IMG/VR virus record: IMGVR_UViG_3300009545_000021
Location: 5,949-69,948 of that record
Length of the DNA stretch: 64,000 nt
DNA from: a virus
Strand: one strand, 5' to 3'
Numbering within the stretch: the stretch's first letter is position 1; every line of letters starts with the position of its first letter. The translations under genes were made by a program, and so were the position numbers. The notes under the pieces are model-generated. The model did no database searches. It was not told the DNA's origin and saw only the letters and a program-made list of their open reading frames with translations. This document shows positions 38,541 through 47,772 of the stretch, piece after piece.

Positions 38541-39019
38541 GCGAATACGCCGTTCGTGTCGCCACGCCTCAGGATCGGGCGAGCGTGGTCGACCTCATCC
38601 ATCTGCTGCACGACGAAAACGGCCTGTTTTCGCTCTCCGACCGCAAGGTCGAACAGCAGCTCGATCGCTATTACAAGGGCGGCACCGCCATTCTCGGCGT
38701 CATCGGCCCGATCGGCGCGGTGGAGGGCTCGATCTTCCTCTCGATCGAAGAGCCCTATTATTCGGAAGACCTGCAGCTGACCGAACTGTGGAACATGGTG
38801 CACCCGGCACATCGCACCAAGGATCATGTCGGCAAGCTGTTGGACTTTGCCAAGCGCTGCTCGGACGAAACCCAGCTGACGCTGATGATCGGCATCATCT
38901 CCAACAAGCGCACGGCGGCAAAGCTGCGCATTTACGGCAAGAAATTGGAACCGGCCGGCGGATTCTTCGTGTGGAATCCGCAGTTCGCCGGCGGCCATTG
39001 GCTGAGCGCCGCGGAATAG
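38537..39019 (+). CDS. GNAT-fold acetyltransferase-like protein
   Basis: VRVATPQD start, ELWNMVHPAHRTKDHVGKLLDFAK resembling motif A. Confidence 0.65.
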   Translation: MSEYAVRVATPQDRASVVDLIHLLHDENGLFSLSDRKVEQQLDRYYKGGTAILGVIGPIGAVEGSIFLSIEEPYYSEDLQLTELWNMVHPAHRTKDHVGKLLDFAKRCSDETQLTLMIGIISNKRTAAKLRIYGKKLEPAGGFFVWNPQFAGGHWLSAAE

Positions 39020-39023
39020 GGCC

Positions 39024-42000
39024 ATGGGCGGAAAATCCACCTCCTCGACCACCACGACACAGCTGCCGCCGGAGCTGCGGCAGGCCTATAAGGATCTGGT
39101 CGGCCAGGCGCAGGGTATTTACAACAATACCTCGTACACGCCCTATTCCGGCGGCTCGTCCAACTCGCTGATCGATGCGGCCAATTCGACGCTGACCAAT
39201 TCGGCGACGGCCGGCGACCCCTATTTCGGCGCCGCCACCGGTGCGCTCTCCAACGCCCTGAATCCGGCTTACAACTCCGTCGGCAATTACATGAACCCCT
39301 ACACGTCGGGGGTCGTGAATGCGACGATGGCGAACATGAACGAACAGAACCAGCAGCAGCAGCAGCAGGTTCTGGGCAACGCCATTGCCAAGGGCGCCAT
39401 GGGCGGGGACCGTGTCGGCGTGGCGCAGTCGGAACTGGCGCGCCAACAGAACCTGGCCAATCAGCAGACGATTTCCGGCCTGTGGAACCAGAATTATTCG
39501 CAGGCCCTGCAGGCGGCGCAGGGCCAGCAGGCACTCGGCCTGCAGGCGGCCAACACCTATTCGGGCCTGGGCACCGCGGCCTCGACGGCGGCCGTGCAGT
39601 CGGGTCTGGCGGCGCTGCAGGGCGGCGAGAACCAGTACAACCGCGACTATGCGCAGTATCAGGCCGAGCAATCCTACCCCTTCCAGAAGGCGAGCTGGCT
39701 CGGTTCGATCGTCGAGGGCCTGGGCTCCTCGGCCGGCGGCAGTTCAACGACAACCTCGCAAGGGGGCAATGGTCTCTCCAGTATTTTTGGCGGCGCGTTG
39801 GGGCTTGGGGCACTCCTCCTTCGCTCCGATGAACGCTCCAAGGAGGATATCGAACCGATCGGCAAGGCCTTTGATGGCCAGACCCTCTATCGCTTTCGCT
39901 ACAAGGGCGAGCCGCAAACCCATGTCGGTTTCCTGGCGCAGGAAGTCGAGCAGCGCCATCCCGAGGCGGTCGGTGAATCCGGCGGCGTGAAGGGCGTGGA
40001 TTATCGCGCCGCCACCGAGGATGCCGCCGATCGCGGCAAGTTCGCGCCCGGAGGGGTCGTCCCTTATGGGGGCACACCCGGCACTACGCCGGCGACCGGC
40101 GCCGATGCCAGCTATATCCCGGCCCCGTCACCGGTGGGCGGCGGCAGCGCCCTGCCCAAGGGCGGCAGTAGCGGCGCGAGCCAGCAGCAAGATCCGCTGC
40201 AGGGCGTGATGAGTGGCGTCAAGGGCGTCAACGACATGGCCAAGACCGGCCGGGAACTGGGCCTGCCGCAAAAGATCGCCTCGCTGACCGGCGCCGATGC
40301 CAGCGCCACCTTGCCGCAGGAAGCGACCATGGCGGCGCAGGGCCTCGGCACTGCCGCCGCACCGGCGGCCGGTGCGGCGGGGGGCACTGGCGGCCTGATG
40401 TCGGCGTTGATGGGGCTGTTCTCCAAGGGTGGCGTGGTCGGGCGCAAGGGCTATGACGATGGCGGCGATGTCTGGCCCTCGTTTGACGATGCCGACATGC
40501 TGCGCAATGACGGCTTGAGCGCACCGACGCCGCCGCCGGTGCAAGGACCGCCGATTCCCCCCGCCGCGCCGGCGAAGCCTTTCGCGGCGAGCCGTCTGCC
40601 GGATACGCAGGATTATCGCCCCGAAGACAGCCCGAGCTATTCGACGCCGCGCAGCGACCCGGGCGTGGTGCCTTCGCCGCCGGAGCGCCCGGCCGGCGGC
40701 GTGCTCGGCATCAAGCCGACGCCCCCGCCCAAGGACAACGAAAAGGGCTATCGCCCCGAGGATTCGCCCAAGGCGGCGAGCGGGGCACCGACCGCGGATG
40801 CGCCCTATGCCAATGACCCGCTGATGAACCTGGCGGCGCGGCAGGCCGGCCTGGTGACGCCGCAGGCGCAGGCCGAGCCGATCGCCCCCGAAACGGCGGC
40901 GGACGATTATGGCGTGATCCGCAATGCCGGGCTCGCCAATCCGGCGATGGCGGCACCCAAGCCGCAGATCCCGCTGGCGCCGGAAGGCTCGGGCGATGAA
41001 CTGATGAACATTGCGGCGGCGCAGGCGGCCGAGGTGCCCAAGCCCGGCGTTGCGCCGCAAGCGGACGCGCCGGCGATGGCCGGCCTGGTGCCGCTGCCGC
41101 CGCCGCGCCCCAAGGGCCAGATCCTCGGCGGTCAGGGCGGCGTTGCCCCCGACCAGACCGGTTCGGTGCCGCCGCCGAGCAACGACAACGCCCCGGCCGC
41201 CCCGGCTCTGCCGGCGCCGATCAGCGTCGCCCCGGCGCCCAAGGTGCACGGCATGACGGCCAAGCAGGCCAATGCCGACAATCCGGACGCCCCGGTCGGC
41301 CGCCTGAGTGCCGGCCAGCAGGCGCGGGTGGCGCAGGGCCAGCCGATCTATGTGCCGCGGCTTTCGGGTGCCTCGGTCGCCGGTGCGCAAAACTGGCTGC
41401 AGAGCCTGAGCAATGCGGGCCTGGATCACATGCATGCGGCGATGATGGCCGGCAATATCCAGACCGAATCCTCCTTCCGCCCCGATGCCTGGAATCACGC
41501 CGAGAACGCCCATGGCGCCATGCAGTGGGAAGGGGACCGCTGGGATGGTCCGAACGGCCTGCAGGCCTTCGCCGCCCGCTCCGGACGCGATTGGCGCGAT
41601 CCGCAGGTGCAGGCCAATTTCATGCGCTGGGAAGGCGAGAATATCCCGCGCCTGAAGGGGCCGTGGCAGCAGTTCCTGGCGGCGCAGACGCCGCAGCAGG
41701 CGCAGGAGGCCTTGGCCCATTTCATCGGCTACAAGCGCGACGACCGGCACGGCAACGACAATGCGCGCCTGGCCAACGGCATGGCGATCCTGGGCGGTTC
41801 GCCGACCGCGGTGGCGCAGACCGGCAATGCGACCGGCAACGATACCACCGGCTCCATCCCGCAAACCGGTGGAGTCGTTGCTCAAAACGCCGCCGCGCCG
41901 ACCGGCAATGAAGGCGGCATTCTGCAGGGCCTCAAGAATGCCCTCGGCATTCCTCAGGGCCTGTCGGATGAGGCCAGCATTGGCCTTCTACAGGCCGGTC

Positions 42001-43367
42001 TCGGCATTATGGGGGGCACCTCGCGCAACCCGTTTGTCAATATCGGCCAGGGCGGCCAGAAGGGCGTCGAGGCATATTTGCAGGGCCGCAACATGCGGCG
42101 CGAGGAGGCGCTGGCGCAAAGCGATATCGGGTACAAGAAAGGTCAGCTCGGTCTCGAGGGCCAGCGCGTCGACCTGGAAGGCAAGCGCCTGGCGCAGGAT
42201 GCCGACCTTAAGCGGCAGGAGCTGGCGCAGCAGAGCGCCTATCAGGCCAGCGAGATCGCCAAGAATCAGGCCGAGGTTTCGGCCGGCCGCTACAATGTTA
42301 CGCAAGGCCCGAACGGCTTCATTGTGCAGGACCGCTACAACCCGCTGAACACCCGGTTCATGAACATGGACGAGCTGCAGGCGGCGCAGGCCTCGGGCGA
42401 GATTCCGTCGGGACCGCCGGCGATTGGTACGCCGCCCCCGGCCGTCGCCGGTGCGATTGCCCCGCCCAAGCCGGGCGGCGTGCTGACGCCGCAGGCTGCC
42501 CCGGAAATGCCGGCCGGCCCTGCGCCTTCGGGCCTGGTGGCCCCGCCGGCCGGCCCCGCCCCGGCGCCTTCTGGGCCGGTGCCGCCGGCCGCGGCGGTCG
42601 AGCCGAGTTACAACATGGCGCCCGCCAAGGGCAATCTCGAGGGGCTCGAGCCGGAAGTGCGGTCGGCGCCGTTCTCGATGATGCAGTTCGGCCAGGAAGG
42701 GCCAAAGGTTCTCGGCCAGATCTACCAAAAGAAGGTCGAGGGCGCCGGCGACGTCGCTGCCGCGGCGCAGAGCACCAACTTGGCGCTCGACCAGATGCAG
42801 GAATATCTTTCGCAGATCCCGGCCAACAGCTGGGTGGCGCCCGGTACGGCGCATGCGACTCGAGTCGAGTGGGCGAGGGCGCTCAACACCACGCTCAACA
42901 AGCTCGGATTCCAGTCACAGATCCCGCCGGAAGAAGTGGCGGCCGGCGAGGCCCTGATCAAGGCGCAGACGGGCCTCGGCTTCGAGCTGGCCAAGACGCT
43001 GGGTTCGCGCGAGGCCGGCTTTATCGTGCAGCAAGCGGTCAATTCGGTGCCTGGCGGCGCGCTGTCGCCGGAAGGCTCGAAAAAGCTGATCGCGGCGATG
43101 AAGGCGGCCAATCAGCGCAAGATCGACTATGCCGACTATATCCAGAAATATGGCGCGCGCAGCGCCGGCGACCTGACCGGCGCCGATGCGACCTTCAACA
43201 AGTTCGCGCCGCCTGAACTCTATGCCCTGATGGCCAATACGCCGGCGCAGCAGCTGATTCCGGCGGTGCAGATGCTGCGGCGCAATCCCGGCACCTGGCG
43301 CGAATTCGAAAGCCATGTCGGGCAGGGCACGGCCAAATATGTTCTGGGACTGGCAGGCCAGCAGTGA
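39024..43367 (+). CDS. 1447-aa ejection (internal virion) protein: DNA-transfer N-terminus, peptidase S74 chaperone domain, Pro-rich linker, phage tail lysozyme-like domain, helical C-terminus
   Basis: MGGKSTSSTTTT, Q-rich helices; SDERSKEDI...GFLAQEVE...VDY; GNIQTESSF...GAMQWEGDR. Confidence 0.8.
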   Translation: MGGKSTSSTTTTQLPPELRQAYKDLVGQAQGIYNNTSYTPYSGGSSNSLIDAANSTLTNSATAGDPYFGAATGALSNALNPAYNSVGNYMNPYTSGVVNATMANMNEQNQQQQQQVLGNAIAKGAMGGDRVGVAQSELARQQNLANQQTISGLWNQNYSQALQAAQGQQALGLQAANTYSGLGTAASTAAVQSGLAALQGGENQYNRDYAQYQAEQSYPFQKASWLGSIVEGLGSSAGGSSTTTSQGGNGLSSIFGGALGLGALLLRSDERSKEDIEPIGKAFDGQTLYRFRYKGEPQTHVGFLAQEVEQRHPEAVGESGGVKGVDYRAATEDAADRGKFAPGGVVPYGGTPGTTPATGADASYIPAPSPVGGGSALPKGGSSGASQQQDPLQGVMSGVKGVNDMAKTGRELGLPQKIASLTGADASATLPQEATMAAQGLGTAAAPAAGAAGGTGGLMSALMGLFSKGGVVGRKGYDDGGDVWPSFDDADMLRNDGLSAPTPPPVQGPPIPPAAPAKPFAASRLPDTQDYRPEDSPSYSTPRSDPGVVPSPPERPAGGVLGIKPTPPPKDNEKGYRPEDSPKAASGAPTADAPYANDPLMNLAARQAGLVTPQAQAEPIAPETAADDYGVIRNAGLANPAMAAPKPQIPLAPEGSGDELMNIAAAQAAEVPKPGVAPQADAPAMAGLVPLPPPRPKGQILGGQGGVAPDQTGSVPPPSNDNAPAAPALPAPISVAPAPKVHGMTAKQANADNPDAPVGRLSAGQQARVAQGQPIYVPRLSGASVAGAQNWLQSLSNAGLDHMHAAMMAGNIQTESSFRPDAWNHAENAHGAMQWEGDRWDGPNGLQAFAARSGRDWRDPQVQANFMRWEGENIPRLKGPWQQFLAAQTPQQAQEALAHFIGYKRDDRHGNDNARLANGMAILGGSPTAVAQTGNATGNDTTGSIPQTGGVVAQNAAAPTGNEGGILQGLKNALGIPQGLSDEASIGLLQAGLGIMGGTSRNPFVNIGQGGQKGVEAYLQGRNMRREEALAQSDIGYKKGQLGLEGQRVDLEGKRLAQDADLKRQELAQQSAYQASEIAKNQAEVSAGRYNVTQGPNGFIVQDRYNPLNTRFMNMDELQAAQASGEIPSGPPAIGTPPPAVAGAIAPPKPGGVLTPQAAPEMPAGPAPSGLVAPPAGPAPAPSGPVPPAAAVEPSYNMAPAKGNLEGLEPEVRSAPFSMMQFGQEGPKVLGQIYQKKVEGAGDVAAAAQSTNLALDQMQEYLSQIPANSWVAPGTAHATRVEWARALNTTLNKLGFQSQIPPEEVAAGEALIKAQTGLGFELAKTLGSREAGFIVQQAVNSVPGGALSPEGSKKLIAAMKAANQRKIDYADYIQKYGARSAGDLTGADATFNKFAPPELYALMANTPAQQLIPAVQMLRRNPGTWREFESHVGQGTAKYVLGLAGQQ

Positions 43368-46300
43368 CCGATCCCTATGCCTCGATCTTCGGGCCCGCGA
43401 GCCCGCAGACGACGCCGATGGCGCCGCCGCTGACGCCGAAGGACACGCCGGCGCCGCCCTCGACCACGGCTGACCCCTACGCCTCGATCTTTACGAGCGC
43501 GCCGGCACCGGCGCAGCCCGCAAGTCCGACAGGGTTGCCGCCGAGCCCGACGGGCGGGGGTACGCCGGCGCCGAGCGGCGAGGAGAGCCTGGCGACGCCG
43601 GGCGGTGTCCTCAAGCATGCGGCGTTCGGGCCGATCCGCAGCCTCAGCGATACGCCGGCCGGCATGGCGAACCTGGTCGAGACCGGGCTTTGGGAAAAGC
43701 TGCATCCGTTCAGCAACCCGGATACCGGCGAGAGCTATTTCAAGCAGCTCGGCCGCGATCTCGGCATGGTCTCCACGCCCGCGCCGGAGGGGCAGGGCTA
43801 CCAGCCGGTGTCGGGGCCGCTGCTGCAGAAAGCGCAGAGCGCCGTCGGCCTGAACGCCAACGACTATCTGCCGCGCCCGGCCAACGGCCCGGAGCGGGTG
43901 GCGGAGGGCATCACCAGCGCCGCCGCCTCGCTGGTGCTGCCGGAGGCGCTGGTCTCCCGCGCCGGCATTCTCGGGCCCGGCGCCAAGGCGGCGCTCGAGC
44001 CGGTTTTGGGTTCGGGCACGACGCAGAGCATGCTCGCCAATGCCCGCCTGGGCGCGGCGGCCGGGGCGGGCAGCAGCCTGGCGCAAGAGGTGGTGCCGGA
44101 CAAATACAAGCCGCTCGCCGGTCTGGTCGGCACTGGCCTCGGCCTCGGCGCCGCGGCGGTGCCCGGCATTCTGGGCAAGGCGGCCGGCGTCGCCGTGCCG
44201 CCGGTGACCACGGCTGGCAAGCGCATCGCCGTCGGCCGCGATCTGATCAAGGCGGCCGACAATCCGCAGGCGATCATCGGCGATACCGGTCCGGTGACCG
44301 ACAAGCGCATCCTGCCGGAGTCGCCGCAGAGCCTGGGCGAAGCCTATAGCGATCCGGGCCTGCAGGGCCTGCAGGGCCGCATTGCCGGGCCGACGACGAA
44401 GGAAGGCGCGGACCTGGCGGAACAGCAGCAGCGCGCCCGCGTCGAGGCCCTGACCGGGGCCGGGCGGGGCGATGCCACCAGCCTGCCGCAGCTGTTTCGC
44501 GATCAGGCGGCGAAGATCGAACAGGACACGCAGGCCGCGCTACAGCGCCAAGCGCAGGCGGCCGATCAGGCCAAGGCAGCGGTCGGAATCGGTGGCCTGA
44601 AGGAGGCCAAGGTCGGCGCGGCCGGTCGCTCGGTGCTGGAGGACATGGATACGGCCGAAAAGGCCCGCATGAAAGGCCTCTACGATGCCGCCGAGGCCAA
44701 TGGTCCCGTCAACGTCCTGACCTCGGGCGTGCAGGAGGCCAAGGCCAAGGCCTATGATTCGCTCAACCCGACGGCGCAAAAGACGCTCGATCCGATCGAG
44801 AAGACCATCACGGCGCATATCGATACGCTGGGGCCGCAGATTCCACTGTCGGAACTGGGTAGCCTGAAGAGCTGGATTTCGGCCGAAATGCGCAAAATGG
44901 ACAATACGGCGATGCCGTACCAGCGCATGGGCGAGTTGCGAAAGGGCGTCGATTCGTCTATTGATGATACTCTCGCCAAAGTCGATGATTTGGAACGAAC
45001 TGCCGTTGCCAACGGCACTTTGGCTCCCGATGATACGACGGCTGCCAGGATCAAGAAAGTTGTCGACGAATACAACCGCCCCGCATCTGAAACTGATACA
45101 GGACGCAATGAGCCGGCAAGAGCCGTGGCAGCGGCCGGGCCTGCTCCAAGCCCTGTGGAAGGAAGCGCGGGCGCAAAGCGACTTTCAAATGGCGCAGGCG
45201 ATCAGGGCCTACGAGAATTTGGCACGCCGCCAGCCCCTGCCGCCGCACAAACCGGGCCGGTAGGCGCCGGGCGCCTGCATTATCCCGGCGGCGCCGTCGA
45301 TGTGCGCTATGAGTTGGCCGACCTCGCCGACCTGAAGACTTCGCACGATGCCGATTTCCGGGCCAATCCGGACTATCCGGCCGAGCTGCAGCCGCGCGAT
45401 CGTTCGGGCTATGCGGCGCAGGATCAGGTCAATCAGATGGCGAACGGCCTGCAGCCCGAACGGCTCGGCCGCTCCAGCGAAATCAATGCCGGCGCGCCGC
45501 TGGTCGGGCCCGACAATGTCGTGGAAAGCGGCAATGGCCGCACCCTGGCGCTGGCGCAGCGCTATGCCAAGGGCAACAATGAAGCCTATCGGCAGTGGCT
45601 GCAGGCGCAGGGCTATGACGTTTCCGGCTATCAGCGCCCGGTGCTGATCGCCCGGCGCACCACGGCGCTGTCGCCGAAGGCGCGCGAATACATGACCGGC
45701 TCGGCCGCCCTCAATCAGGGGCTCGGCCGCAGCGGCGTCGAGAAGGCGGCGAGCGATGCCAAGCTGCTCGGCGACGACGTGCTGCAGCGGGCGCGCGGCG
45801 GGGATCTTCTCTCGGAAGAGAATGGCGACTTCGTCCGCGCCTTCATGGCCAAGCTGCCGGCGAACGAGCGCGCCGACCTGGTGGACGCCAAGGGCGCGTT
45901 GACAAAGCCCGGGCGCGACCGCATCAATGCTGCGCTGACCATGAAGGCTTTCGGCGACCGCTCGGTGATCGAGCAGGCTTTCGCCACGCCCGACCCGACG
46001 GTGCGCTCCATCGCCAACGGCATGGTCAAGGCGGCGCCGATCTGGGCCAAGATGCGCGAGGCCGCCAAGGCCGGCGGCATCGCCGCCGACCACGACATCA
46101 CCGACGCGCTCCTGACCGACCTGCATGCGGTGATGCAGGCCCGCGCCAAGGGCTTTTCGGCGCAGTCGATCCTGGATCAGGCCTCGCTCTTGGGCGAAGA
46201 TGCCGCGGCGCACGACCTGTTGTTTTCGCAAACCAAGGCCGGCACCCGGCTGGCCGGCGAGCAGAAGATCGCCGACAACCTGCAGCGTTATGCCGAAAAC

Positions 46301-47626
46301 GCCCTGAAGAACACCGCCGGCGATCGGCTCTTCGGTGAGGCACTGCCGGCCAAGGACGTCCTGAAAGCGACGGTCGACAAACTCGGTAAGGAAGGCGAGG
46401 AAGCGGCGCCGAGTTTCGCCACTGGCGCCGGTGAGACGGCCGGGCCGGAACTGGCCAGCCGCCAGCAGCTCGAGGGCCTGCGCAAGGCGGATGCCGAATA
46501 CAAGGCCTTCATGGAGCGCAAGCGCCCGGTCAAGGGCCTGCTGCAGCGCGCCCCCTACAAGACGTCGCCCTACAAGATCACGGACGACAGCCTGCCCGAT
46601 CATCTGTGGAAGAGCGGCGCCAGTGGCGCGAATGCGATCAACGATTATGTCGCCTTCACCGGCAAGAGCAAGACCGGCCTCGACGCGCTCGAATCGGCCG
46701 CGGCGCTGTCGCTGCAGCGCAAACTCGGCCAGGACGGGCGGCTGAGCCCGGCCAAATATGACCGCTGGCGCGCCGACCATGATTCGGCGATCCAAGCCAT
46801 GGAACAGGCGCGGCCGGGTTTTCTGGCCCGGTTCGATTCCTATGCCGGCGCCGAACGGGCGATGGAAGAGGCGGTGACGACGCGCCGGGCCCTGGCGGAT
46901 GGTTTCGCCAAGTCGGAAGCCGGCAAGATCATGCATCTGACCGCCGGCGCCGATGTCGCCAAAAAGCTCGGCCAGATCCTGGAGGGCCAGGGGGGCGTGG
47001 GCAAGCTGCAGGAACTGATGCGGGCCACGCACGGCAACGCCGATGCGATCGAAGGCCTGCGGCAGGGCGTGCTCGATCACATCTTCAACCGCCAGACCGG
47101 CACCAAAAGCCTTTCGGACAGCGAGCTGGCGCTGAAGGAAAAGGAATTCCGCGACTATGTGCGCAAGCATCAGGCCGGGCTGCAGGCGGTGCTGGCGCCC
47201 GATCAGCTGGCGCGGGTCAATGCCGTGGCGGAAGATATGGCGCGCTCGGCCCGCACGCGGGAGCTGGGCAAGGTGGAGGAGCCGGGGGCGCAGCCGGCCG
47301 GCGGCACGCTGAAGCGGGCCTTTCAGAACTATGCCCAAAAGGATCTGACCTCAAAAATGTTCGCCGGGCTCGGCTGGCTGATCGGCGGCGTGCCGGCGGC
47401 GGGTGTGGGCTATTCGATCGGCGAGCTGCGCAAGGCCGGCTTTGCCAGCGTCGAGCAGCTCAAGCGCGAAGCGATCCTCAATCCCGAGATGGGCCGCACC
47501 TTCATGCAGATGGCGCACGCCAAGGACGCCGGCATGACGGGCCTGGGCCTGAGGACGAAATTGCTGCGGGCGGCACTCGCCGGCAGCCATGTGCAAAATC
47601 AGGGCCCGGCGCAACCCGCCGGTTGA
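43364..47626 (+). CDS. 1420-aa internal virion protein containing a DdrB-like ParB domain
   Basis: YPAELQPRDRS...GAPLVGPDNVVESGNGRTLAL at about 45300-45700; DPYASIF N-terminal repeats. Confidence 0.8.
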   Translation: MTDPYASIFGPASPQTTPMAPPLTPKDTPAPPSTTADPYASIFTSAPAPAQPASPTGLPPSPTGGGTPAPSGEESLATPGGVLKHAAFGPIRSLSDTPAGMANLVETGLWEKLHPFSNPDTGESYFKQLGRDLGMVSTPAPEGQGYQPVSGPLLQKAQSAVGLNANDYLPRPANGPERVAEGITSAAASLVLPEALVSRAGILGPGAKAALEPVLGSGTTQSMLANARLGAAAGAGSSLAQEVVPDKYKPLAGLVGTGLGLGAAAVPGILGKAAGVAVPPVTTAGKRIAVGRDLIKAADNPQAIIGDTGPVTDKRILPESPQSLGEAYSDPGLQGLQGRIAGPTTKEGADLAEQQQRARVEALTGAGRGDATSLPQLFRDQAAKIEQDTQAALQRQAQAADQAKAAVGIGGLKEAKVGAAGRSVLEDMDTAEKARMKGLYDAAEANGPVNVLTSGVQEAKAKAYDSLNPTAQKTLDPIEKTITAHIDTLGPQIPLSELGSLKSWISAEMRKMDNTAMPYQRMGELRKGVDSSIDDTLAKVDDLERTAVANGTLAPDDTTAARIKKVVDEYNRPASETDTGRNEPARAVAAAGPAPSPVEGSAGAKRLSNGAGDQGLREFGTPPAPAAAQTGPVGAGRLHYPGGAVDVRYELADLADLKTSHDADFRANPDYPAELQPRDRSGYAAQDQVNQMANGLQPERLGRSSEINAGAPLVGPDNVVESGNGRTLALAQRYAKGNNEAYRQWLQAQGYDVSGYQRPVLIARRTTALSPKAREYMTGSAALNQGLGRSGVEKAASDAKLLGDDVLQRARGGDLLSEENGDFVRAFMAKLPANERADLVDAKGALTKPGRDRINAALTMKAFGDRSVIEQAFATPDPTVRSIANGMVKAAPIWAKMREAAKAGGIAADHDITDALLTDLHAVMQARAKGFSAQSILDQASLLGEDAAAHDLLFSQTKAGTRLAGEQKIADNLQRYAENALKNTAGDRLFGEALPAKDVLKATVDKLGKEGEEAAPSFATGAGETAGPELASRQQLEGLRKADAEYKAFMERKRPVKGLLQRAPYKTSPYKITDDSLPDHLWKSGASGANAINDYVAFTGKSKTGLDALESAAALSLQRKLGQDGRLSPAKYDRWRADHDSAIQAMEQARPGFLARFDSYAGAERAMEEAVTTRRALADGFAKSEAGKIMHLTAGADVAKKLGQILEGQGGVGKLQELMRATHGNADAIEGLRQGVLDHIFNRQTGTKSLSDSELALKEKEFRDYVRKHQAGLQAVLAPDQLARVNAVAEDMARSARTRELGKVEEPGAQPAGGTLKRAFQNYAQKDLTSKMFAGLGWLIGGVPAAGVGYSIGELRKAGFASVEQLKREAILNPEMGRTFMQMAHAKDAGMTGLGLRTKLLRAALAGSHVQNQGPAQPAG

Positions 47627-47772
47627 CCCGAAGGGGGCTTCTCAGTACCATAATGACACTCTCCTTCGCGTAGTGGCAGGGCGGGTGGCCTAGTGGTAGA
47701 TTGCGGGACGGCTGGCGCTTGCGCTGGCCGTTTCGCGTTTGAGGACCCCCCGTTCTTCGATCGGGCGGGGCG

